Positions 26,868 through 36,009 of a stretch of DNA of 64,000 nucleotides are shown here, in pieces. This stretch comes from Patescibacteria group bacterium (GTDB lineage Bacteria > Patescibacteriota > Patescibacteriia > Buchananbacterales > SURF-54). Location: contig JAHIRB010000040.1 in NCBI GenBank assembly GCA_018818885.1, positions 32,985 to 96,984 of the forward strand. Direction: 5' to 3'. The first letter of the stretch is position 1. Every line of letters starts with the position of its first letter. The position numbers and the translations under genes are program-made. Below the pieces are notes generated by a model, which saw only the letters and a program-made list of their open reading frames with translations, searched no databases and was not told where the DNA came from.

Positions 26868-28115
26868 ATGCAAAACATCATCCTCCACATAGACATGAAC
26901 TCCTATTTTGCTTCTGTTGAACAACAAGCAAACCCACACCTACGAGGTAAACCCGTGGGTGTTTGCGCTTATCTTTCGCCAAATGGCTGCATTATCGCCA
27001 GTTCTATGGAAGCAAAAAAATTAGGTATTAAAACTGCGTTTCGTGTTAAAGACGCTAAAAAAATTTGTCCAGAAATAATATTAATAGAAAACGAACCAGC
27101 TAAATATAGAACCGTAACAACTAAAATTTTTTCTATTCTAGCAGATTATACTGATAGAGTAGAGCCTTACAGTATTGACGAGGCTTTTTTAGATTTGACG
27201 GGATACACAAAAAAAATCTCAAATGCTGTTTGTGTCGCAAAAGAAATCCAACAACGCATCAAGGTAGAAGTAGGGGAATGGCTTAAATGTAAAATTGGGA
27301 TATCGACTACACGCTGGTTAGCAAAATTTATTGCAGACATTGCCAAAGCAGATGCGATTGACGTGATAACACCCAAAACTGCGCCAAAGGTATACGAAAG
27401 ATGCAAGCTGACTGATGCCTGGGGTATTAACTACAGAATGCAGTGGCGCTTAAATCAATTAGGTATTTATACCCTTAACGACCTAAAAAACTACCCTGTA
27501 GCTAATATTTTGGCTGTTTTAGGTAAACCTGGTTACTTTTTGTGGGCCAACGTCAACGGCATAGAAATTCAAGGTGTACGCACACAAGAAGAAATATTAC
27601 CAAAATCAATTGGGCATAGCTACTGCTTGCCAAAACATAATACTGATACAAACTATCATTTATCTATTTTAATGAAACTGTGCGAAAAAACTGGCCGTAG
27701 ATTGCGCGAGAGCAAACTCGAAGCTAAAAACTTATCTATTTTTTGGTCCTACGTGCACGGGGGAGGCGTATACAAAATATTTAAAGTTCCTGGCACACTA
27801 TTCACCACCATGGATATTTATAACCAAGCATATAATGTATTCTTAAATAAAAAGATGAGTGCTTTTAAAATTAGAATGATCGCAGTATCTGTTACCAATT
27901 TATCGCCTTTGACTAAACAGTTGAATTTGTTTGATGATGTTTTAGGCAGAAAAAAAATAGCTCAAGCTATGGATAATATTAATGATAAGTTTGGTGAATA
28001 TACAATATCATATGGTCAAATGCACGGATTAGCAGATCAAGCACGTGATAGGGTTGGTTTTAGAAAAACTGTTGGTGTCAAACCAAAATTGACAAAGGAA
28101 CTACTATACCTGTAA
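26868..28115 (+). CDS. dinB: Y-family DNA polymerase (DinB/Pol IV-like)
   Basis: HIDMNSYFASVEQ and SIDEAFLDLTG UmuC/DinB motifs; next to lexA. Confidence 0.8.
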   Translation: MQNIILHIDMNSYFASVEQQANPHLRGKPVGVCAYLSPNGCIIASSMEAKKLGIKTAFRVKDAKKICPEIILIENEPAKYRTVTTKIFSILADYTDRVEPYSIDEAFLDLTGYTKKISNAVCVAKEIQQRIKVEVGEWLKCKIGISTTRWLAKFIADIAKADAIDVITPKTAPKVYERCKLTDAWGINYRMQWRLNQLGIYTLNDLKNYPVANILAVLGKPGYFLWANVNGIEIQGVRTQEEILPKSIGHSYCLPKHNTDTNYHLSILMKLCEKTGRRLRESKLEAKNLSIFWSYVHGGGVYKIFKVPGTLFTTMDIYNQAYNVFLNKKMSAFKIRMIAVSVTNLSPLTKQLNLFDDVLGRKKIAQAMDNINDKFGEYTISYGQMHGLADQARDRVGFRKTVGVKPKLTKELLYL

Positions 28116-28150
28116 AATTAATGTTGCTTATAATAAACTAATAAAAAATT

Positions 28151-29422
28151 ATGACCAAAAAATCATTAATTATCTTACTAATTTCAGCATTTACTTTGAG
28201 CATATTTAGTGTAAATATTGCCATCGCTGCAGATGATCACACTGGACAAGTTGTTAAAGTAGAAGGAAGTTCCACACTTTATTATGTGGCAACTGACGGG
28301 AAACTATATGTTTTCCCAAACGAAAAAACATATAAAAGTTGGGATTCTGATTTTGATGATGTGGTAACAATTACCCAAGTGGAATTATCAGAATTCACAA
28401 TTGGTGGCAATATTCGTTACAGACCAGGTGTATTACTAGTTAAATTTACCAATACCCCTAAAGTTTACGCTGTTTCACAAAACGGAAAATTGCGCTGGGT
28501 AAAAACTGAAAGAATAGCAAGAAAATTATACGGTGAAAACTGGAACAAACTGATTGACGATATTCCATTAATTTTCTTTCCTGACTATGTAACGGATAAT
28601 GACATTAATGATGAAGGAGATTACGATCCAGACGAAGAAATCAACTCAACCGAAACTATTGAAAATAATAAAGGATTCGCTTTAGGGCATTACAAAGACT
28701 TATGGAAATCAAATACCACAAAATGTCGTGCTACTGCTGCAGTACCACACGGACAGGGTAAAAAAGCAACACCTGCTGTATCAGCACGTCAATGCAAAAT
28801 AAACTTGATTAATGATGCACAAAAAGACGAAACAGCTCCAGTTATAACCAACGTTGTAGTTACACCTTCTAATACTTCTGCAGTAATTACTTGGACTACA
28901 GACGAAGAAAGTAACAGTACAGTAGAATATGCTACAGAAAGCTTAAGTACAGCAACAAGTACCGAGACAGTAACAGATTCTGATCTAGTAACTTCTCATT
29001 CATTAGAACTAAATAACCTAACTGCCGAAACCACTTATTATTACATTGTAAAATCTGCTGATAGCAATAGTAATATTGCAACTACTACAGAAAGTACTTT
29101 TACTACAACTGCCCAAGAAGTAGATATTACAGCACCTATAATCAGTGATATATTCTGGCAAATATCAACTACTACTGCGACTGTGGAATGGGAAACTAAT
29201 GAAGCCAGCACCAGTAAAATAACTTATGCCTTAGAAAGCTTAAATACTGTAACATCAACTGAAGAAGTATCTTCAACTGATTTAGTAACATCTCATTCTT
29301 TGGATCTATCAGGATTAAGTTCATACACTACTTATTACTACATATTAGAATCTATTGACGCAGCAACTAACACTGCTACTACTACAGAAACAACGTTTAT
29401 TACTACCCTCGGAATAGAGTAA
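28151..29422 (+). CDS. secreted protein with two tandem FN3-like repeats
   Basis: signal peptide; two ~90-aa repeats (TAPVITNVVVTPS..TTYYYIVKSAD / TAPIISDIFWQIS..TTYYYILESID). Confidence 0.6.
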   Translation: MTKKSLIILLISAFTLSIFSVNIAIAADDHTGQVVKVEGSSTLYYVATDGKLYVFPNEKTYKSWDSDFDDVVTITQVELSEFTIGGNIRYRPGVLLVKFTNTPKVYAVSQNGKLRWVKTERIARKLYGENWNKLIDDIPLIFFPDYVTDNDINDEGDYDPDEEINSTETIENNKGFALGHYKDLWKSNTTKCRATAAVPHGQGKKATPAVSARQCKINLINDAQKDETAPVITNVVVTPSNTSAVITWTTDEESNSTVEYATESLSTATSTETVTDSDLVTSHSLELNNLTAETTYYYIVKSADSNSNIATTTESTFTTTAQEVDITAPIISDIFWQISTTTATVEWETNEASTSKITYALESLNTVTSTEEVSSTDLVTSHSLDLSGLSSYTTYYYILESIDAATNTATTTETTFITTLGIE

Positions 29423-29435
29423 ACAACACTAAGAG

Positions 29436-29468
29436 AAAGAGACCGAAGCAAATGCTTGGGTCTCTTTA
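29436..29468 (+). terminator. intrinsic terminator
   Basis: agagaccg-loop-gggtctct followed by ttatttt. Confidence 0.55.
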
Positions 29469-29470
29469 TT

Positions 29471-29683
29471 TTAGTATGGAAGTTGGGTTGAAAGTTGTTG
29501 TAAACCATCTAGAATAAGATCTAAGATGATAATGACGATTTCTACAACTTTTTCACCAACTAACGGAAGCAATACCCCCACCACAATGATCAAAACTGCG
29601 AGGGTTAAGCCTCCTTTGAGTGCAGTATACATAGAATTGCACTTATTACTAAGTAGAGGGCTTAAACATCGCCAGTCGACCAA
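29471..29683 (-). CDS. possible small single-TM protein (70 aa, TTG start)
   Basis: hydrophobic core LTLAVLIIVVGVLLPLVG; AAGGAGGG lies 30 nt upstream (a 15-codon GTG mini-ORF sits between); uncertain. Confidence 0.25.
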   Translation of the reverse strand: MVDWRCLSPLLSNKCNSMYTALKGGLTLAVLIIVVGVLLPLVGEKVVEIVIIILDLILDGLQQLSTQLPY

Positions 29684-29821
29684 ACTGGTATGGTGGGGTA
29701 TATTACCACTTTAGCCCTCCTTCAACTGGCCTAATAGACCAAGTGGGGGAGGGCAAGGTGGTTATTTTTAATGAACTCTTCAGCTTATATTAGACGGATG
29801 ACTTGACCAAATGTTACAGTA

Positions 29822-29850
29822 TTGACATGTATTCACTATTTTGATAAATT
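29822..29850 (+). promoter_or_regulatory. promoter TTGACA-17-TAAATT, identical core to 11066-11094
   Basis: tattgacatgtattcactattttgataaattatg vs tattgacaaaaatgaaaaaatttgataaattatg. Confidence 0.5.
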
Positions 29851-29910
29851 ATGCGTAACCTGCATATCAACAGCCTAAAAAGGATGTCGTTCAACTAGAA
29901 GGAGGTTAGA

Positions 29911-30153
29911 ATGAATCTTTATGTCTACACTATGCAAAGAGATCCTGCTAGTCTACCCACAATAGAAGCCGTGGCGACAGATTTCAGCAGGGAATCGGCT
30001 GACAGCAAAGTGTCAGAAAGCAACGAAAATGTTGCGAGAATGCTCGTAGACGAAGCAGAGGCATCAAAATGCTCGTTTAATATTGTCGAGTTTACCAACA
30101 TTGACGTCTGCCAGATGCATATCTCGAGCGGCCAAACAGTGCCAGTCGGATAA
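29911..30153 (+). CDS. 80-aa acidic small protein in GC-richer island
   Basis: AGAAGGAGGT SD 6 nt before ATG; terminator follows. Confidence 0.45.
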   Translation: MNLYVYTMQRDPASLPTIEAVATDFSRESADSKVSESNENVARMLVDEAEASKCSFNIVEFTNIDVCQMHISSGQTVPVG

Positions 30154-30165
30154 CTGCCTAAAAAG

Positions 30166-30205
30166 CCCGCCAATCATGAAAATGATTCGGCGGGGTTCAT
30201 TATAT
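30166..30205 (+). terminator. intrinsic terminator
   Basis: cccgccaatcat-gaaaa-tgattcggcggg stem with one bulge. Confidence 0.45.
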
Positions 30206-30253
30206 AATAGGGAAGTATAGTAATTTTAATATTGTTAGTATCACACAATGTAG

Positions 30254-30814
30254 CTACTTTTTCCTATTAATTATTCTCTTAATATTAATGAACTCCTGCT
30301 TATCTTTAAAAACTAAAAAATCACTTAACTCTTCATTTGGGATAAAAGTATATGCATATATATCAGTATCATCTATATTTGGGTAAGTGACAATTATTAC
30401 TTTTTCTAAATTTTTATTCTTAAAATAATTGAATATTTTATCAGGATTTGTATCACCACACTCAATAATAATTTTTTTATTACTGGATATTATATCGGGT
30501 ATATAACCGTCAAATTCATATTCAATTTTTATATCTGTTATTCCTTGTTTTGCTAGATAGTCTTTGCTTATCAATTTTAAAGATAAATGTCTACATTCAC
30601 CACCATCAATATCTGCTTTAAGAATTTTACCTCCTATTAAATCATCAGAATAATCATCAAAAATTTCTTTTGTAGAGATTTTTTCTTTTTTGAAAGTAAG
30701 TAAACCATTATTCAACAAATAACAAATATTAACAATTAATTGCATATCCGCATCGAAATCACGATTAGAATAAAAAATATTTTTGATTAATTCACGATTA
30801 TATTGCATATTAGT
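30254..30814 (-). CDS. hypothetical protein (186 aa) overlapping recombinase stop
   Basis: start MTNMQYN overlaps stop of upstream recombinase gene. Confidence 0.5.
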   Translation of the reverse strand, partial: TNMQYNRELIKNIFYSNRDFDADMQLIVNICYLLNNGLLTFKKEKISTKEIFDDYSDDLIGGKILKADIDGGECRHLSLKLISKDYLAKQGITDIKIEYEFDGYIPDIISSNKKIIIECGDTNPDKIFNYFKNKNLEKVIIVTYPNIDDTDIYAYTFIPNEELSDFLVFKDKQEFINIKRIINRKK

Positions 30815-31793
30815 CATCTTTTCTAAGGGGATGATATTTTCTATGCGTGTCTTCCGCGTACCTATCAGAAGCATGGACATAACGAGTGGTCGTATCTAAA
30901 GATTCATGACCCAAAAGAATCTGTATCGCTGCAGGGTTTGCTCCACTTTCTGCCAAATAAGTGGCAAAACCATGTCTTAATGAATGAGCACTGGTTGGAA
31001 CATTAATTTTAAGTCTTTCTCTATAATGCTTAATTCGTTCTTGCAAATAATTAGTAGATATCCTTTTTTTTGCCAAACTAGTATCTTTTTTAACATTTCT
31101 TCCACGATAAGGAATAAAAAGTGCGGGAAAGCTATCACTCCTTAATGATGAATATTTATCAAGTTGATGCACTGCTCGTGGAGTTAAATAAACAAATCTT
31201 TCTTTTTTCCCTTTACCGCGAATAAATATTTTTCCACTATCATCAATTTGCACGCGATCTAAATTAATTAATTCCGAAATACGCATACCTGTTGAAAATA
31301 AAATTTCTAGCATTGCACGATTACGTGCAGCTATGGTTTTATTATTTTCCATAGTTGATGGTGCTTCAATCAGTTTAATCAAATCCTCTAATTCAGCTAC
31401 CCGTGGATGTTTTTTTTCCGTTTTTACTAATTTGATTGCTTCAGGAGAGATAGGACATTTATAGTCCATTTCTATCAAATATTTTAAATATGAACGTAAA
31501 CTCGAAAGATTTCTGTTGGTTGAACTACTTTGTAATTTTTTTTCAGGTGTTGCGTTGTTAGAAGTCTTTCTATCACGAGAAGTCAAATATGCTTTATAAT
31601 GATTAATGACTTTCTTGTCAACCTTAAAAAATGGGAGAGATAACTCTAATAAAAAATTTTCAAAAACTTTTATATCTCTTTCGTAATTATATATTGTTTC
31701 TTCAGAATAATTATTTGTTTGCAAATTTAATAAATAATCTTCAAGATATTCAAGCACTTCATTGTCTGGTGGAGGAGTAATATTATTAGACAT
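30810..31793 (-). CDS. tyrosine site-specific recombinase (XerC/XerD/integrase family)
   Basis: ARNRAMLEILFSTGMRISE, HSLRHGFAT, LLGHESLDTTTRYVH catalytic R..HxxR..Y motifs. Confidence 0.8.
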   Translation of the reverse strand: MSNNITPPPDNEVLEYLEDYLLNLQTNNYSEETIYNYERDIKVFENFLLELSLPFFKVDKKVINHYKAYLTSRDRKTSNNATPEKKLQSSSTNRNLSSLRSYLKYLIEMDYKCPISPEAIKLVKTEKKHPRVAELEDLIKLIEAPSTMENNKTIAARNRAMLEILFSTGMRISELINLDRVQIDDSGKIFIRGKGKKERFVYLTPRAVHQLDKYSSLRSDSFPALFIPYRGRNVKKDTSLAKKRISTNYLQERIKHYRERLKINVPTSAHSLRHGFATYLAESGANPAAIQILLGHESLDTTTRYVHASDRYAEDTHRKYHPLRKDD

Positions 31794-31891
31794 ATTATAA
31801 ATTTAATGTATCTGAACTGAGTGTAAGAGTTATTATACTCAGTTTATAATATCCTTAAAAATCAGTCAAACTAACTTGTCCACACCATAAA

Positions 31892-32746
31892 TTACTTATA
31901 AAACACCTTTTTACCGTATCTTAGATCTATATACTCAATCTCATTAATATTTTCAATCTTTTCACTTAACAATGCAATTAAATTATTAATTTGACTTATA
32001 ATTACTATTTTAGTTGAAAAATATATCTTATAACCATTTAAAGTTGTCACAAAGATGTTTGTGTCATCTTCGGGGTCAATTTGATAATAATCAATATCAA
32101 TGTTGTTCTGAGCAAGTAACTTATTAATTTCTAAAATATTTTCTATTTTTTCAATTGAAATTACTTTTTGTCCGATTTTGACTTCTGTGTTATTTTGATC
32201 ATAAATAATTGGTAGACCTTGCTGCATTGCTTGGCTTCGCAAAATATTTTCTTGATTCTCATCTGAACCTTTTACTTCTGAAAATGGAATTCCTTTTAGA
32301 TCTAAATAATAGGCATTGGTGTCATTAAGCCAAACAAGTGACGTTATTGTTTCTTTAAGTTCAATTCTAATAGTATTAAAGTAATCTTTTCTAATACCAA
32401 CATCTTCGAGAATATAAAGTTGGGTAATTTCTTTTTCTAATTTATCAGTATCAAAAAAGAAAATGTTATTTTGTGACAATAAAAAATATCTATGCTTTTC
32501 TAACTGCTGGCTTGCAATATTTACAATTTCGTTTTCTGATATCGTTTCGTTACCAGTTACTATAATATTGGTAACTATAAATTTGGATGAATTAGTTATA
32601 AATCTGATGCCTATGACGACAAACACAAAAATAACTATGCTGATTAACCATGTTTTCATGTTTCGTTTTTTCTTTTTTTGAAAAAAAGGATTCTTCAAAT
32701 CCTTTTTCTGATAATCTATCTTTCGTTTAGAGACTACCCTTTTCAT
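31892..32746 (-). CDS. ftsQ: cell division protein FtsQ/DivIB-like (POTRA)
   Basis: N-terminal TM then POTRA-like region; upstream of ddl in division/cell-wall block. Confidence 0.55.
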   Translation of the reverse strand: MKRVVSKRKIDYQKKDLKNPFFQKKKKRNMKTWLISIVIFVFVVIGIRFITNSSKFIVTNIIVTGNETISENEIVNIASQQLEKHRYFLLSQNNIFFFDTDKLEKEITQLYILEDVGIRKDYFNTIRIELKETITSLVWLNDTNAYYLDLKGIPFSEVKGSDENQENILRSQAMQQGLPIIYDQNNTEVKIGQKVISIEKIENILEINKLLAQNNIDIDYYQIDPEDDTNIFVTTLNGYKIYFSTKIVIISQINNLIALLSEKIENINEIEYIDLRYGKKVFYK

Positions 32747-32783
32747 ATTTTAATGTTTGAAATTTATAATTTGGTTATATGTT

Positions 32784-32850
32784 ATTGTCCGTCAGAAGCG
32801 TGCTCCAGAGGCGCATCAGCCTCTGGCTGAAATCTGCCTCTGGCATGATT
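32784..32850. repeat. GC-rich palindromic intergenic element (REP-like), copy B
   Basis: attgtccg...ccagaggc-gcatca-gcctctgg...atctgcctctggcatga; shares ends with copy A in opposite orientation. Confidence 0.5.
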
Positions 32851-32881
32851 TAGAAATTGGCCTTTGGTGCTTGGGATTTGA

Positions 32882-34015
32882 CTACTTATACCAGTCAGAG
32901 CCTGGATCAAATGATGTTCTAAGTTGATTTTTTTCTCTATGCCTCTCAAAGGCAAGCTGAATTAACTTATCTAATAACTTTGGATAGGATAGACCTGATT
33001 TTGCCCACATTTTGGGATACATGCTTATTGGCGTAAAACCTGGGATTGTATTTACTTCGTTTAATATTATCTGATTATTCCCCTTCTTAACAAAAAAATC
33101 GACTCTAGCCATTCCACATAGATCTAGAGATTTAAACGCCTCTACTGCCATTTTTTGAATGTTTTTGATGATATTTTTAGGCAACTTAGCTGGAATTTGT
33201 TCTGAAGACTTGCCATCTACATATTTTGCATCATAATCATAAAATTCATTAGAAGGTATAATTTCTCCTGGAACTGAAGCTTTAGGATCATCATTACCCA
33301 ATACTGCAACTTCTATTTCACGAACGTTATTGACTGATTGTTCAATCAATATCTTTCTATCAAATCTAACAGCCAAATTTATAGCCTTAATTAACGCACC
33401 TCTATCCCCTGCCTTTGATATTCCCACAGAAGAACCTAAATTAACGGGTTTCACAAAAACAGGATATTTCAACTTTTTCTCTATGCGTCGCAAAATGTTA
33501 GTCTTATCTTTTTTCCATTGATTGCTTAAAAACCAATCGTATTTCACAATTGGTAATTTCACTTCTTTATAAATTTGTTTCTGAATTATTTTATCCATTC
33601 CTACTGCGGAACCTAATACATTTGCTCCAACATAAGGAATGTTTGTAAGCTCCATTAATCCTTGGACGGTTCCATCCTCACCATACGGCCCATGTAACAC
33701 TGGGAACATAACATCTATTTGTTTCGAATTTTCAATCTTGGCTAAACTCTTATTGTCTTGCTTAATATTGATTATACCTCTTTGTGTTGGATCTGGAGAA
33801 AGAATAGTTTTTCTAGCTACTTTTTGTATACCTTCTTTTAAGAACTTTACAGCCAACGGTCCTGAAAGCCACTTACCTTCTTTGGTAATTCCAAGAGGGA
33901 TTACTTCGTACTTTTTTTTATCTAAAGCTTTCATTACTGATTGACCTGAAACAATAGAAACTTCGTGTTCTCCAGAACGTCCACCAAATATTACTCCAAC
34001 TCTAATTTTTTTCAT
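32882..34015 (-). CDS. ddl: D-alanine--D-alanine ligase
   Basis: MKKIRVGVIFGGRSGEHEVS start and ATP-grasp motifs. Confidence 0.9.
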   Translation of the reverse strand: MKKIRVGVIFGGRSGEHEVSIVSGQSVMKALDKKKYEVIPLGITKEGKWLSGPLAVKFLKEGIQKVARKTILSPDPTQRGIINIKQDNKSLAKIENSKQIDVMFPVLHGPYGEDGTVQGLMELTNIPYVGANVLGSAVGMDKIIQKQIYKEVKLPIVKYDWFLSNQWKKDKTNILRRIEKKLKYPVFVKPVNLGSSVGISKAGDRGALIKAINLAVRFDRKILIEQSVNNVREIEVAVLGNDDPKASVPGEIIPSNEFYDYDAKYVDGKSSEQIPAKLPKNIIKNIQKMAVEAFKSLDLCGMARVDFFVKKGNNQIILNEVNTIPGFTPISMYPKMWAKSGLSYPKLLDKLIQLAFERHREKNQLRTSFDPGSDWYK

Positions 34016-34106
34016 ATCCGCTAGTGATCCCGTAAATGGGATTTAATTATTATTTATAATATTAAGTAAATTATATAAATCTATTGTCAGATAGTAATTT
34101 TTAATT

Positions 34107-34847
34107 TTACGGGACTACTACCGAGTCATAAAATTTCTTTACTGCTAAACTTGCTAATTTAGCATATATGTAATGTTTACCAAATTTATTTATTTTTACT
34201 TCTGTGTTATCAAACCGAAAACCTTCACCACTTTCATTTTCTTTTACATCTAATGCCCTAAATTCACATTCATTTTCTATTCCATAATACCATACTTTTG
34301 CTTTTATGTCTTTGACATCTTTTAATCTTGGATCATCAGCATTCAGTATTACTAAATCGTTACTACCCACAGACTTCGCTAATTTTAAATATTCATGTGC
34401 AATGTTATCTAAACCTTCAAAACTTTCTAAATGCTGTTCTGAAATATTAGTGACTACAGCAATTTTTGGTTTTATTAAGGTTAAAAGATAATCCATGTCT
34501 TTTGGTTTATCAATGGCAAGCTCTAAAACAATGATTTCTGGGATTGATTTTGAAAAAAATGGTTTTGCGAGTGCTTTTAATAAAATAATTACCCATTTAG
34601 TAAAATAATGATAACCAACTGGAAGATTCAATACACTCAAGGGTACACCTATGTCTGAATTAAAGTTTCTGGGGCTGGTTCGCACATTATATTTTTCTTT
34701 AAGGACATTATAAATTTCGTCTTTGACTGCGTATTTATTTGTTGTACCAGTTACAGCAATGATCTGTGGCTTATGGCGCCAGATGAATAGTTTTACGCAA
34801 ATTTTGAGCCAATACTTAACAAAATTTTTAGATATGGATCTTAGCAT
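34107..34847 (-). CDS. Mur ligase central-domain protein, MurF-like but only 246 aa with degenerate P-loop
   Basis: IIAVTGTTNKYAV (GTNGKT-like), NFNSDIGVP, AVVTNISEQHLE motifs; lacks N- and C-terminal domains. Confidence 0.5.
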   Translation of the reverse strand: MLRSISKNFVKYWLKICVKLFIWRHKPQIIAVTGTTNKYAVKDEIYNVLKEKYNVRTSPRNFNSDIGVPLSVLNLPVGYHYFTKWVIILLKALAKPFFSKSIPEIIVLELAIDKPKDMDYLLTLIKPKIAVVTNISEQHLESFEGLDNIAHEYLKLAKSVGSNDLVILNADDPRLKDVKDIKAKVWYYGIENECEFRALDVKENESGEGFRFDNTEVKINKFGKHYIYAKLASLAVKKFYDSVVVP

Positions 34848-34851
34848 AAAT

Positions 34852-36009
34852 TTATGTATTAAAATATTTTTTAAGTCTTATAAAAGCTTCTTTGATTGTT
34901 GCTTCGTCTCGTCCAAATGACATTCTAATATGTCCTTCGCCACTTGGACCAAAAGCAATACCAGGCACTAATGCAACTTTTGCCTTTTCTAAAATTTCAA
35001 CACAAAACTGCCACGAATCTATCCCCTCTTCCATTAACACTTTTGGAAAAACAAAATATGCACTACTAGGCCGTTGATACGAAAAAATATTTTTTAGTTT
35101 ATCTAGTTCTTTACAAATTAAATTTAACCTTTTTTGATAAATTACTTGGAATTGTTTTATTGAATCACTTCCTTCCTCTAAAGCTGTGATTGCTCCATAT
35201 TGCGATACGGTTGGTGCACAAGTAACTAAACTGTCGTGAACTTTTAAAATTTCTGCTGTGTTTTGCTTATCACTGTGTAAAAACGCAATTCGCCAGCCAG
35301 TCATGGCATAGCTTTTAGAAAGACTAAAAACACGAATAATATTTTTTCTATATTTTGATTGAGTTGCTAAGCTAAAAAACTCAATATCATTATATATAAA
35401 ATCTTTATATACCTCATCTAAAATTATAAAAAAATTATGTTCTACTGACAAGTCTGCAATAGTGAGTAGTTGCTCTTTGGAAAGTATAGTGCCCGTAGGA
35501 TTGTTAGGATTACATATTAAAACTGCTTTGGTTTTTTTAGAAATTTTTTGTCTAAAATCTTCTAAATCAAATTGCCAACCACTTTCTTCGTTTAACCACG
35601 TAAAAACTGGCGTTCCAGAAGCTAGTTTAATTACTTCTTGATAAGTGGTATAACTAGGTGAAGGTAATATAACTTCGTCACCTTCGTCTAATACTGAAAG
35701 AAATGTAGAGGTTAAGGCTTCTATTGCACCACATGTTACAATGATTTCTGTTTCAAAATCATACTTCATGCCTTCTTCAGCTAATTTTCTTTCTATGACC
35801 TCACGAAGTAATGGTAAACCTGGCGGTACTGTATATTTTGGAGTTAAGCCTTTATCAAGAGCTGCTTTTACGTTATTCTTAATGTTGGCGGGTGTGTCAA
35901 ACGAAGGAATGCCTTGAGCCAGCGAAACAACTCCTGGAATCTTTGACGCCAGGAGTTCTATTTGTTTTATAGGAGAAACTTTAATTTTTGCTACACGCTT
36001 AGAATACAT
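34852..36009 (-). CDS. PLP-dependent aminotransferase class I/II
   Basis: SLSKSYAMTGWRIAF PLP-lysine region. Confidence 0.8.
   Translation of the reverse strand: MYSKRVAKIKVSPIKQIELLASKIPGVVSLAQGIPSFDTPANIKNNVKAALDKGLTPKYTVPPGLPLLREVIERKLAEEGMKYDFETEIIVTCGAIEALTSTFLSVLDEGDEVILPSPSYTTYQEVIKLASGTPVFTWLNEESGWQFDLEDFRQKISKKTKAVLICNPNNPTGTILSKEQLLTIADLSVEHNFFIILDEVYKDFIYNDIEFFSLATQSKYRKNIIRVFSLSKSYAMTGWRIAFLHSDKQNTAEILKVHDSLVTCAPTVSQYGAITALEEGSDSIKQFQVIYQKRLNLICKELDKLKNIFSYQRPSSAYFVFPKVLMEEGIDSWQFCVEILEKAKVALVPGIAFGPSGEGHIRMSFGRDEATIKEAFIRLKKYFNT

Noticed and set aside
29526-29714. 62-aa plus-strand ORF in island 3
   Set aside because: No start context; Thr/Pro-rich low-complexity translation; overlaps a more plausible minus-strand TM peptide
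30810-31793. Calling the recombinase a prophage integrase
   Set aside because: No phage structural genes nearby and it sits next to the ftsQ-ddl division cluster; kept generic as a tyrosine recombinase
32800-32850. CRISPR-like spacing of gcctctggc repeats
   Set aside because: Only two to three short (9-bp) copies with irregular spacing that form hairpins; no array and no cas genes
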